Part shown: one piece after another, positions 1-10,853 of the stretch | Layout: the number at the start of each line of letters is the position of its first letter | Position numbering within the stretch: the stretch's first letter is position 1 | Assembly: GCA_025594325.1 (NCBI GenBank) | Contig: JANHCV010000014.1 | Span: forward strand, 62,001-126,000 | Direction: 5' to 3' | Source of the DNA: Blastocladiella emersonii ATCC 22665 | Lineage: Eukaryota > Fungi > Blastocladiomycota | Length of the DNA: 64,000 bases | The notes under the pieces: model-generated | What the model was told of the DNA's origin: nothing | Databases searched by the model: none | What the model saw: the letters and a program-made list of their open reading frames with translations, nothing else | Translations under genes and position numbers: made by a program

Positions 1-419
1 GTCGAGCTGAGCTGCGTGCAGTCGATGGGCCGCAGCATCTGGAAGATGCGTGCCTGTTTCGAGAAGTACCCGTAGTGCGGGTTGTACAGCGAGTTGTGGA
101 TAAAGTCGCGCGACGACATGACGCTGCACACGGGCGGGGACGCCGTCGCCATGACCGAGTCCAGCGTGTGCTGCGTGTACTCGGCGCGCGGCGTCCGCGC
201 CACGTCGCCCGGGCTCCCCGGCGGCACGTCGAAGCGCGTCAGCCGCGGCGGGTCGGCCGTCGCGGGGGATCGGGTGGTGGCGGTGGTGGGCGCTCGCTTC
301 GGCTTCTTGGGCGGCGCGGCGCCCGCCTTGGTCGCGTAGCCGGCAGTCGAGGCGATCAGGGCGCGCCGGGCCGTTGCATGGTGTCGCGCGCCGAGGCGCA
401 GGAGTGGGGCAGCTAACAT
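1..419 (-). CDS. N-terminal part of a mitochondrial SAM-dependent methyltransferase, MidA/NDUFAF7 family (YKL162C-like); runs off the window edge
   Basis: Manual translation from ATG at 419: MLAAPLLRLGARHHATARRAL (presequence-like) ... MSSRDFIHNSLYNPHYGYFSKQARIF, the conserved N-terminal motif of the fungal NDUFAF7-like family. Not in the ORF track because it has no stop in the window. Confidence 0.8.
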   Translation of the reverse strand, partial: MLAAPLLRLGARHHATARRALIASTAGYATKAGAAPPKKPKRAPTTATTRSPATADPPRLTRFDVPPGSPGDVARTPRAEYTQHTLDSVMATASPPVCSVMSSRDFIHNSLYNPHYGYFSKQARIFQMLRPIDCTQLSS

Positions 420-613
420 TGCGAGTTTGTGGGGTGCGTGGAGGGAGGGCGGATCGGCGCGCGGGCGTTGCGAGGCAAACTTGTCTCCGCCGCTCATGTG
501 ATGCTGTTGCTCAAGTCGGCGCGGCCCTCGCGCGCTCGGTCCTCGCGGTTCTCTCTCTCTCGCTCCCGAGATGCATGGAATGAATGAACATACGTCTATG
601 TACACCTAGCGCT

Positions 614-1423
614 TCACGTCTGCTTCGCACCACTGGGCGCCGCCGCCGCGGCCCCGAGCACCGCGGCGGGATCGACGGCAATATCGTCCGTCTTGAGCTG
701 GCGGTTAGCCTTCTTGCGGGGCTTGGGCGCGCTCTCGTTCTCGCGGAGATAGAACTGGCGCAGCATGAGGATCGCCTCGTCGCGCAGAAACCCGGACGCG
801 CACTTGAGCTCGGGTAGCTGCCCGTCGGGCCCCGCCCCGCCGCCCGTCGGCATCGAGTGGACGGGGACCACGGACCCGCACCCGCCGAACCGGTCGTTGC
901 CGCACCCAAAGTAGACGCGGCGCACGCCGAGCTGCCGCAGCGCCGACGCGCACATGACGCACGGCTCGACCGTCACGTACAGGTCGGTCGCCGCGAGGAG
1001 GGCGGCCAGGGCGGCGGCGGGGCCGGCGTGCGCTGGGTCGGCGCTCTTGGACCACTCCCACGACGGGCGCAGGCCGACGCGCTGCGCGATCTGGTCGAGC
1101 GCTACGAGCTCGGCGTGGCGCGAGGCCTACGCGGGACGACGGGGGTGTGTGAGTGGTGGGCACCGCGCGGGCACGCAAGGGTAGGACGCACGTTGGAGAA
1201 CTCGTTGGTGTAGTTGCGTCCGCGGCCGATCACCTCGCCGGCGTGCACAAAGACGCATCCGACGGGCACCTCGCCGACGTCGAGCGCCTCCTGCGCCTAC
1301 ACACACCGCCTAAACGCGTGAGCACGTGGGCCGCGAACTGACGCGTTCCCGCGCACACGGTGAGCGTACCAGGCGCAGCGCCTCGCGCATCCACTGCTCG
1401 TCGTACTCGGATTCGATCGCCAT
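614..1423 (-). CDS. TAD2: tRNA-specific adenosine-34 deaminase catalytic subunit (3 exons)
   Basis: Spliced product MAIESEYDEQWMREALRL|AQEALDVGEVPVGCVFVH...GRNYTNEFSN|ASRHAELVALD...LYVTVEPCVMCASAL...YFGCGNDRFGGCGSV. HAE and PCxxC zinc motifs present; GT..AG introns near 1369-1297 and 1191-1127. Confidence 0.93.
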
Positions 1424-1958
1424 GTCACTACCCGCAATGGAACCGCCGCCGGTGCAACCGTCAGCTACAACCGCCCCTTCGCGCCCGCCGCCGCCCGCCG
1501 CGCACGTGTGCCCGATCCACGGCCCGCGCGCTTCGCGCTCCGAAGGCACCTCGCTGCGCCGCGCGCTCGCCGTGTGGGGCGCAGGGCTGTGTCTCGCCGC
1601 CGGCGTTTCCGCCGCCGGGTCGCCGCGGGCCACAGCAATTGCAGGCCGCGCGCTCGCCCCGCTCCTCCCCGCGGCGCGCAGCTGGTTCGCGCTCGGCAGC
1701 ATGACTGCGGGCGTCGCGGCGGTCCCGCTCCGGCTCGGCACGCTGTTCCGCGTCGCCGCGCAGTCGTGTGCGCGCGGCGCGGGCAAGCTCGCGTGGGTCC
1801 TGGTCGCGGCGCAGGCGGCGGTCGCGGACTACGACGCCGGCGAGTACCAGCTGTACCTCGACGAGTTGCAGGAGGAGTGGGATAACGCTGGGAACGAGGT
1901 GGAAGATGGGGACAGCGAGGATGAGAGCGGCGACGGCGATGGCGACGACGACGGGTGA
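1422..1958 (+). CDS. Hypothetical protein with hydrophobic middle and acidic C-terminal tail
   Basis: Open frame with GC3-rich codons; ends DYDAGEYQLYLDELQEEWDNAGNEVEDGDSEDESGDGDGDDDG. Start could be ATG 1422 or 1437. Confidence 0.5.
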   Translation: MSLPAMEPPPVQPSATTAPSRPPPPAAHVCPIHGPRASRSEGTSLRRALAVWGAGLCLAAGVSAAGSPRATAIAGRALAPLLPAARSWFALGSMTAGVAAVPLRLGTLFRVAAQSCARGAGKLAWVLVAAQAAVADYDAGEYQLYLDELQEEWDNAGNEVEDGDSEDESGDGDGDDDG

Positions 1959-2128
1959 GACGACTGTGCGCCGCCTCATCACATGATCCGTCGCCACCAT
2001 GAACGGCGCGCGTGCGTTCGCGCCCGATGTACAGCTGATTCGGAAAAAATACACACTGGGGAGGCGTCCTCACCGTCATGTCTCCACACTCCACTCCGCA
2101 TACCAAAGTTCGAAGCTGCGAGAGGAGC

Positions 2129-2478
2129 AAAACAACATGCGGTGGAACCGACCTCTTGGCGCGACAGGACCCCGGCGCCCGGCTAGGAGCTGTAATCTCC
2201 ATGCCACGCACCGCTGGTTCTTCTCGTTGCTCCGTGAATCCGGTCTCACGCGGTCCGAACCGATTCCAGGGCGGGGTTGCTGGCGACGATTCCATCGTGC
2301 AACACTGCTGATTCCGCCCACGGCACGGTCATTCCGAGGCAGCGTCCATCGCCGCCGGCCAGCGCTCCGAGGAACGCCTAACGCCGGAGCCCCATGTGCC
2401 ACGCCTCAGGTTCGCCCGCATGTCGAGTGGTCGGTGCAAGCTTGCACCCTACAGACTGGCGGCTAGCCCAGTCCGACC
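2129..2478 (-). ncRNA. Signal recognition particle RNA (7SL/SRP RNA)
   Basis: On the minus strand: hairpin 2473-2454, UGUAG (2453-2449), hairpin 2448-2433 (Alu domain). Long-range helix 5: ACAUGCGG 2423-2416 pairs with CCGCAUGU 2142-2135, plus further pairings GAACC/GGUUC, GGCGUGGCA/UGUCGCGCC, UGGGGCUCCGGCG/CGCCGGGGUCCU. Helix-8-like AGACCG-GAUUCA-CGGAGCAAC (2247-2226). Ends in a T-run (2132-2129). Confidence 0.85.
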
Positions 2479-2497
2479 TAATGAATTGCGCACGCGG

Positions 2498-2556
2498 GGA
2501 TTCGAACCCTGCCCGACCGCTTCCCGAAGGAGGCTGCCGTGGTGTACCACCTGCTC
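2498..2556 (-). promoter_or_regulatory. Pol III B-box (2498-2508) and degenerate A-box (2547-2556) upstream of the SRP RNA
   Basis: Minus-strand GGTTCGAATCC is a perfect B-box inside a T-arm-like hairpin. GAGCAGGTGG lies about 40 nt upstream. No acceptor stem can be formed, so it is not a complete tRNA. Confidence 0.55.
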
Positions 2557-2638
2557 TTGCTTCTCGGGCGAGCGACCTCACCCGCGACCCCAATTCGACG
2601 AAAATGCCAGACGACACGCAATGTATTCCGCTTCCCCG

Positions 2639-4443
2639 TTACATGATCACGCAATCCTTGTCCTTGGACTTTTCCTTGCGCTTGCGCCCGCCCTGCGGCG
2701 AGTACTCGCCCTCGTCGGCGTACTCGGGCCGCGACTGCCGCGGTCGCCCCGCCAGGTGCGCGGGCGGGCCCGTCGGTTGGGCCGGCTGCACCGCCTGGTC
2801 CTGGTACTGGTGCTGCTGCGGCCGAGTGCGGATGCCCGCTGCAGCGGCGGCCGCCTCCACCTCGGCCTGTGTCGCGGCACGGCGCGCCGCGTCGTCCTCT
2901 TCCTGCTGCATCGCGAGGGCGATCGCGAAGCTATTAATACACACGAATCGAACGGGTCAGTGCTCGCTCCCGCGTTTCCAAGTTGACGCAAAGAAACGTA
3001 CTCCCGATCCGCCTGCTCGTTCGCGCCCTCGCCCGTCGCACCGTCGCCGAGCGCCATGGCGCCAAAATGTGCGTCGAGCGCACCGGCGCCGCCTGGTCGC
3101 GCCCCCGCCGGGTACAGCTCGCCGAGCGGGCGCTCCTCGGCGTCGTGGCTCGTTCCCGCCGACAGCAGCACCGCGGGCGGCACCTCGACGAACCCGCCGT
3201 CGACGAGCACCGAGTCGCCGTCCATGGACGCGAGCGTCTCCCACACGATCTCCGGGTGCTCGGCGTACCCGACGTCGGTCACGAGCGTGTACAGGGCGCC
3301 GTCGGCGCGCTTGTACAGCGTGAAGAAGTGATTGTTGTAGAAGAGCGCGTAAAGCGCGTCGGGCAGCGCGGTGGCAAGCGAGATGAGCCCGTGCACCGTG
3401 AGCTGCGACGGCGAGTCGCGGAAGAAGGCGCGAACGATCCCGCCCGCGGGCGAGTCCTCGTCGCACGCGAGCACCGCCGCGTCGTTGAACGCGGGCGCGG
3501 TGCCGCCCGTGCCGAGCACCGCCCACACGGCCGCGTCCTGCGGGTCGACGGTCCACCCGTGCACGAGCCGGATGTTAAACCACTGGAACAGCGCCGCCTC
3601 GGGGTCGCCGTCGCCAAACGATGCGATCCCGTCGAACCGCACGTTGACGTCGAGCCCGCGCACCAGGCCCGGGATCAGCCGCAGCGCGTCGTCGAGCGTC
3701 GGTCGCGGAGTGCCCGAGGTCGGCGATACCGTCGCCGACTCGCCCAGCGCGTCGCTCCGGCTCACCAGATACTCGCCCAGCCGCTCGCTCAGGAACCCGA
3801 AAGTCACCGTGTCCTGCAGCGGGATCACCAGCTCGCCGCGCAGCGCCAGCACGTTGCAGATGGCCAGCAGCGGGCACGGCCCGTTCGCGTTCTGCAGCAC
3901 GACCCGCACACGCTTGTCGGCCGCCAGCTTGTCCGGGAACACGATCTCCTTGACGCGGTACACGTCCTGGATCCCGTCGCTGGCGGTGGGCGCGGCGGTG
4001 GGCGTAGGGGCGGCGGGTGGTGCGGTTGCGGGCGCAGCAGTGGGAGCGACAGGTGGTGCATCGAAGGGGTTGCCCGGGGCTGCACGGACTGCGAACGGGT
4101 CGTGGGCGGGTGTTTGGACAGCCGCAAACGGGTCGCCGACCGCAGGAGCACTAGCCGGGGCGGCGGTCGGAGCAGCACCGGGCTGGGCCGGAACAGCGGA
4201 AACAGCATCGAATGGGTTGTGGACGAGTGGCTGGGCTGTGAACGGGTTCCCGGGCGGCAACATGACGGCGAACGGGTCGGCCACGGCGGGCACGCTCGGT
4301 GGCCCTTGCGCAACCGGTGGTTGGTACGGCGCGTCGGGCGTGGCGCACACGGACTGCGGTACGAGCACAACCTCGGTGACGGGCAGCGCGGCCTGCTGCT
4401 GCTGTTGGCCCGGTTGGGGCGACGGGGTCGGGAGGTCGGTCAT
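2639..4443 (-). CDS. MINDY-1/2 (FAM63/MIY1) K48 deubiquitinase, 2 exons
   Basis: Catalytic motifs QNANGPCPLLAICNVLAL and FYNNHFFTLYK. Intron 3001-2931 (GTACGT..TAG) joins ADRD|FAIALAMQQEE, a MIU-like ubiquitin-binding motif. Stop TAA at 2639. Confidence 0.92.
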
Positions 4444-5643
4444 GGTAGGTTCAGCAGCGAGTTTCAATAAGCAAGATGTCAAGCAATGAATTCGTTGCAA
4501 GAGGTGGGCGTTCGATGGGGAGAGCGGGAGAGCGAATCGGCCGACGCGTCGACTTGAGAAGCGCACGCGCAGCGCCAAGCTTTCCGCAAAGGAACGTGGC
4601 GCACCGACCATCAGGTGACCGCTTCGCGACGCGGCTCGGTTCTTTCTATCATTTCTGCCCGCTCTACCCGACGGAACATGGAACGACTTTATGCAAAGCA
4701 AATGAAATCACTGGTTGCACACCTTTGCGGTCGCCGATCTCGTTGCGGGAAGCGGTGTAAGGTTGCCGCTGTGTTGACGCAGCCCGTTGGTGAACCCTCA
4801 TGATTCTGGCACCTAACTTGCCAACCACACAACTCTCACGCCAAAATTGGGGGGTAATTGACTAGCCTAGGTCGTGAATGCTCCATTCTTGCAGCTATCG
4901 CCCATTGCTTCCTCCGTCCGCGTAGCCACTCTCAACTCGCTCACCGGAGAGACGAAGCCTTCCATTCGTTCAACCGAGAGATTTTAAAACGCTCGCTTGT
5001 GTTATACGTTCACTTGGCGTCGCGTTAAAAAGTCGCATGACGCACCGTCAACCGTCACGGACTCGCTCCTTCAGGGTGCCGTCTCCGACCGCTCACCAGG
5101 TTCTCAAACAAAGGCCTCGGCTACCATGAACTTGGTAATGTTTGATGGGGGACAGTGTCGATTGATAATTAACATTTGCTGCGGCAACCTTCAAACGGCG
5201 CAAGGAAGGGGAGCGCTTGAGAAGGCACTGCAGATGGGAAAGCAACCGCACCAAGTGCTTGTCGGTTACGGGCCGCTAAACGTTTCTACTGCAAGCGTTC
5301 TACATCCAAAAACACGCTCGCGCCGCATTTTACCTTACCCATATCGCTGGCGAACTTGAGGGCTGCCTCCGCCACGTGCGGGTTACCATCGCGCGGGCAC
5401 GACAAGCGAGCCATTTGTGCCAGCGTTCTACATCTTCTTGCCGATAAAATTATATATAATCGACGCACGTAGCGTAATTGAGGGAACGCGAGCAATTGTG
5501 GCGCAGCGACTGTTCCACGACGCGTCACGCGCCTGGTCAACGCGTCGCTACTCCATTCACTTCCCGATCCGCGATACGTTGGGTAGACGAGTGAAGGTGC
5601 AAATAACAGAGTGTATCGAAGGAATTCAGTTGCGCAGCAGGGA

Positions 5644-7898
5644 CTAGGCGAAAGCCGCGGGTGCGCAGCGACCAAGTTCCGCGAGCACCGCCTCGTTGTC
5701 CGCAAAGACGCGCTTGGTCGCGCGAACCCACTCGACGTCCCGAACGCCGTCTTATGCACCGCCGGGAATTAGGTTCCAGAGCATTAGCGAAATCGCGCTG
5801 CGATCGTCTTCAAAGTGAGCAAGGATGCCATCGAGGTCGGCGTAGACAAGTATCGCGAGCAGGCGGAACGTTGGGGACCGCACTGCAAGCGCGCACGCGC
5901 TACTGTTCACCTCCCACCCGGGAAGCGCGATGGACTCTTTGGGGCGTTTGAGGAGGACAATCACGGTTGCGAAGAGCGACGGAAGAGACTTGGTCCACGG
6001 CTTGCAGGCAGGGTGCCAAGCCAAATGGGCGAGCGGACCGAACCACGCAGTCTGGGTTGCGAGATCGCAGCAGTCGCAGGTGATGGCGGCTCCGTTCACC
6101 TGGATCGCGCGACGACCTGAGGTCCGGTTGAGCTGCGCCATGACCATGACGTGGAGAATCTTGTCCGCGGTCTTGAGTGCGCTCATCATGCGAACGGCTG
6201 AGGCAAAGCACTCGGGGCGGTTGAGGACCGCCACGACGAGAGGGAGGAGTGGAAGCAACTGATCCACCTCGACAGGATTAGTGAGAAGCTGGTTGGCAAG
6301 GAGGAACACGTCCATGAGATCGGGCGCTTCGAGGTCCACCCCCAGGAAGACGGATGCCACAGGACTAGGCGTAGGGGCGATCGAACTGGCAAGTGACTTC
6401 CAAATCGCGCAGCCATAGTAGTGGGTCACTTTACCAAACTCACGCTCATTGCGCGTGCGGCCATGAGGGTAGCTCAGGACAAACTGGGCCGATTGCGGAT
6501 GGGCCTCGCCCCGAATCCACGTCTGCATCAATGCTACACGTGCACGATTGCTCGGATTAGTCGCGCTTGGCGGGGTGCGCACCTGGTTGGTGACAACGCT
6601 CTCCGCACCGATCTGTACCACGGATTCGAACTGCTCGCCAAGTTTTGCGATTACTGCGTCGACAAAGATCCCATGAGAGTGGTCCCGGTTGCTAATGAGG
6701 TCAATCTCAAGAATCTTTGCCCACATTGGCGTGGCGAACTTGACATGTCGGTCAATTGCAAGGAGTGCGGTCGCTGTAGCTTCGTTCGAGGGCCAACGTG
6801 TAACGATTTTTTCCGACCGCGAAAAGGACACGACCCTCATCTACGGTGCCATAACGGTCGGCATACTTGTTCAAGACGTGTACGAGCGGCTCGGTAGAGT
6901 GGAACGCAGCGATACAGGACAGAAAGCCGCCGTGGCTAGCCGTCGGATGACTGACAGGCCAAGTGTGATCAAAATGGCGATCGAGCAGGCGAACGATGCT
7001 CGAGAACAGGCAAGTAGCGGGGAAGAGAGCAAGCTGGCAAATCAGGCGGTTGCTGATCGACTGCAAACCGAGAAGGCCATCCATCGAGGACATGTCGAGG
7101 GAGAAAGGCGGCTGGCGCAATAGATCAACGAGGTCGGCGTTCCAGCGGAACAGGGCGACGAATCCAAGCATCCCCATGAGACTCAAGTCGAAGCTCGGGA
7201 GGAGTTGACTTGGAGGGACCTCCAACAGGCGTGCCAATTCGGCAGTAAAGCATGCCCATTTACCCGGCTCGAGTTTCCCGGCGAGCAAAGTTGGACGATT
7301 GGCAGCGGCCCGGGTCAGCATCTGGAGTAGGGCCTTCCGTTCGTCGCAAGAAGTAGCGAACATCATAAGTTGGATCATCGAAGCGATGGGCGTGAGGCTG
7401 AACGCGATTGAATTGTCAGGAAGCTTACTGGAGAAATACTTGACATTGGCCTTGTGCATGGCCAAGAATCTGTATGCGCGAGGCGCGACCAGGTCGAAAG
7501 CAGCTTCAAGGAGTGACGGACGATTCGTCAAAAGCGGATCCATTGGCAGTCTGCGGCGTGTGACCCAATTTGATGGCGATGGCGCGCTGCTCGAAATAGG
7601 CGCCGAGGTCGGTGGCAGCGGGTCCGACTTTGTTCACGTAGAGTTGGCCGAGCGCGGGCGGGGTCCCAGTCCGAAGCACCCGGCAGATCCATGAGGCAAG
7701 CGCGCATGGATCGCCAGCGGCATCGCGTAGCGTGCTCGAGGACGTGCACACGACGTGCCGCGGGACGGCGAGCTGGAGGACGGCAGCAAACAGTTCGTGT
7801 GGGAGAGCCTCCGGCGAGATTGACTCGCGCGGAGGAGCCTTGTGCTCGTTTAGGGACAGTTGCGACAAGTCATTTTGGGGTATCCATTGGTTTTGCAT
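5644..7898 (-). pseudogene. Family-1 paralog A (F-box-like N-terminus plus helical body), disrupted
   Basis: Colinear with paralog B (LPHELF..., TDLGAYFEQR, ILEIDL, CDCCDL, LWNLIPGGA). Frameshift near 7515, frameshift in the A6 run at 6807-6812, and in-frame TAA at 5752-5754 where B has Leu. The reading frame resumes to TAG at 5644. Confidence 0.75.
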
Positions 7899-8132
7899 GA
7901 GCGAGTGCGGGATCGAGGGAGAGCGGACGGTGCGTTCGCGCGGAAAAAACGTCGACCGCAACGTGTCAAGCGAGCATCACCTGATGGGCGCGTCGCGCCG
8001 ATTTCCTCTCCTACGTCGCGTCGCGTCGCGGCAGCGGCTCGAAGGTCGGCATCAGCCTCACAACAAAATCGCGGCATATATTCAACGTGAGACAAACAAG
8101 AATTCAAGAACACAAACAAGTCCTCGCCGGCA

Positions 8133-10386
8133 CTAGTCGCGCTGCGCAGCGAATGCGGGCGCGCACCGATGCAGCTCGGCGAGGACGGCCGCGTTTGCTG
8201 CGACTGCCATTTCAGTCTCACGGATCCAGTCCGCATCGCGAGCGGCATCGAGTGCGCCATTTGGAATAAGCCGCCAGAGTTCAAGCGGGATGCCAGCACG
8301 ATCGTCCTCGTAGTATAAGAGGAAGCCGTCAACGTCCGCAGCAACGAGAAGGGTGAGCAGGCGGCGAAACGGGTACCGCTCTGCGAACGCGCACGGGTTG
8401 TTGGTTTCGTAGCCGGGGAGCGAGGACAAACCGTCGGGATCCTGGAAGAGAGCAAGGACGGAGGCCAACAGAGAGGGAAGCAGCCGCGTCCACGGGTTGC
8501 AAGCAGGAAGCTGGAGCAGGTGCTCGATTGAGCTGAACCACGCGCGCTGGGCGGTGAGGTCGCAGCAGTCGCAAGTCAACGTCAGATCGCCATCTACTTG
8601 CATCGTGCGCCGGACGAGGGACGGCTGAAGTTGCGCTGACACCATGATGTCCAGTACGTGGTGAGCGGACTTGAGCATTTCCATGGTATCCAAGGCATGC
8701 GGCAAAGTGTGGGGATTTTGCAAGATTGCGATGAACAGGGGAGATAGTGAGAGCAGTTGTTGCGCGTCGACTCGGCGCACGGGAAATCGCATGACCATGT
8801 TCACAACGCGAAACATGTCAATAAGATCGGGCGCTTGCAGGTCCGCGCCTACGAGGGCCGAGGCCACGGACAAAGGGTCCGGCCCTCCTTCAGAATTATT
8901 GAGGACGACTGCAAGCATACATGCGCAGTGGAACGAGATCGACAAAATCTCGGTCTCGTTGCGAGCAACAGAATGCGCGTAGCGAAGAACAAGCTGGGGC
9001 GATTGGGGATGGGACCGGGTCGCTTTCCAGGCCTCAAGGAATGCTACATTGTATCAATGACGGTTAGGCGGGTTGGATCAAAATAGTAGACGACACGGTT
9101 AAATATGCCGGACCATTCGTCAACACTTGCTTGAAACTATCGCCGAGCTCCGCAACGATAGAATCCGTGAAGAGTCCAGTAGCGCGACCCTGGCATCGGG
9201 CGAGGTCGATCTCGAGAATTCTCCCCCACCCAAATTTGTTAATTAGCCCGCGGCGCCAGAGGGTGACGAGGGCAGTCGCGACAGTCTCCGTTGAAGGCCA
9301 ATGCGAAACACGTTCCAGCACAATAGCGAGCACTGCGCTGTCGTGGCCTTCAAGGTTCAGGCGGTCATAGTAATTGACCACAACGTGGGCAAGCGGCTCG
9401 GGGGAATGAAACTCGGCAAGGCGGAGCACGAAAGCAAGGTTTTGGGGATCTGTAAAGCCAGCCGACCAGCTCAGTGAAAAGTGAAGGTCAAGTAAGTTGA
9501 TTACACCCGAGCTTGGGCGCGAGGTCGCTGAGCGCAGACCAGTTAAGAGTTGGTTGCTGACCCAACGATTACTAAACGCCCTGCCCGGCCTGGTCGTGTC
9601 AAGGTTGAACGGCGGTTGGCGCAACAAGTCGACTAGGTTGGCGTCCCAACGGAACATGGCGAGATACCCGAGGGCATCCACAGGGGTCCAACCGGTTACG
9701 TCGAAATCGTCGAGATCCAACATCAATAGCGAGTCCTTTGCTTGGGCAGTCAAAAACGCCCATACCGATGGCTGGACCCGAGTTGTAAGCAGACTTGGAT
9801 GGTTGGATGAGACCGAGGCGAGCATCTGGAACAAAGCTTCGGATTCGTCGCGAAGCGACGCGAGAACGAGGAGCTGGAGCATGGACGCGGCAGGTGTGCA
9901 GGTAAATGCGGAGGGACTACCGGGATCTTTACGGAAAGCTCGGCTGGATAAAAGTTGCACGAGAAAAAAGTCGCTGTCGTGGCCAGGATGAGCGACAAGA
10001 GTGTGATGAGCCCGTCGCGAAATCAAGTCAAAGGCAGCCGCAAGAAAGGACGCCTCGTCAAACGCCGGAGCGCAAACAGCCTGCGTCGTGTCTTCCAAGG
10101 TGGAGGCGATATAGCGCTGCTCAAAGTAGGCGCCGAGGTCCGTGCAGTACAGAACATCGAGTTGCGCATAGCTTTGCCAAAGCACGGGAGATGTGCCGTT
10201 CCGCAGGACCCGGCTCATCCAAATCGCTCCGACACAAGGATCGCGGGCGAGGTTGGCGAGCGCGTGAGAAGCCCCGCATACAGCGGACCGGGGTTCCACG
10301 AGCTGCAACGCGGTCGCAAGAAGCTCATGGGGAAGGAGCAAGATTGAGCCTTGAGGTCGTTGCATCGAGTTGTCTGGACGATCCAT
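8133..10386 (-). CDS. Family-1 paralog B, F-box-like N-terminus; apparently intact, 2 exons
   Basis: ORFs 9064-10470 and 8133-8945. N-terminal ILLLPHELLATALQLV resembles an F-box. Phase-1 intron donor after LTNG at the same position as in paralogs A, C and D. Confidence 0.7.
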
Positions 10387-10853
10387 TAGTTTAGCATGTG
10401 AGGTTGAGGTCGGGAGGAGAGGACAGGAGGGATATGTTCGCTCGCGCCTAAGTGGCGCGCTGCTCGGCACGCTTTGGCCATCACTTGATGTCTCGCGCTT
10501 TCCGACGCGCTCGCGACTTGGTCCTCGCAGCCTACTCTTGCTCCAACACAGGCGTAAATGTCAATCCCATGCATTTGTACTCGTCAAACTTGGCCGCATG
10601 CTTCCAGCAAGCCGAACCATCGCAGGGCCCGATAGCGTCGTCCTGACCGGCTGCCTCGTTGCACTGCTGACAAGGCGTTTGTGCATTGGTTGCTGCGCCC
10701 TCACGTCCACCAACCAGTCGCCCTCGCTGCGAACGAGAAGGTCGCGCTCCGGCATCGCACCGCGATCATGTGATCAAGCTCTCAGCAAAGTGGCGCAGCG
10801 GCCGCCGTGTACGGAAGGCCCGCTGATCCCGATCCCTGTCAAGCAAGAGCGCC

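Noticed and set aside
2390-2506. RNase MRP/P RNA (CACAUGGGGCUC resembles the MRP P4 3' strand)
   Set aside because: The matching GAAAGUCCCC strand is missing, and that segment is fully explained as SRP helix 5.
2485-2560. Complete tRNA (possibly tRNA-Sec) around GGTTCGAATCC
   Set aside because: No 5' strand pairs with the putative acceptor 3' strand and there is no anticodon arm. Kept only as a promoter or leader element.
2610-2630. U6-like words GACGACACGCAAT
   Set aside because: No ACAGAGA box or other U6 elements nearby.
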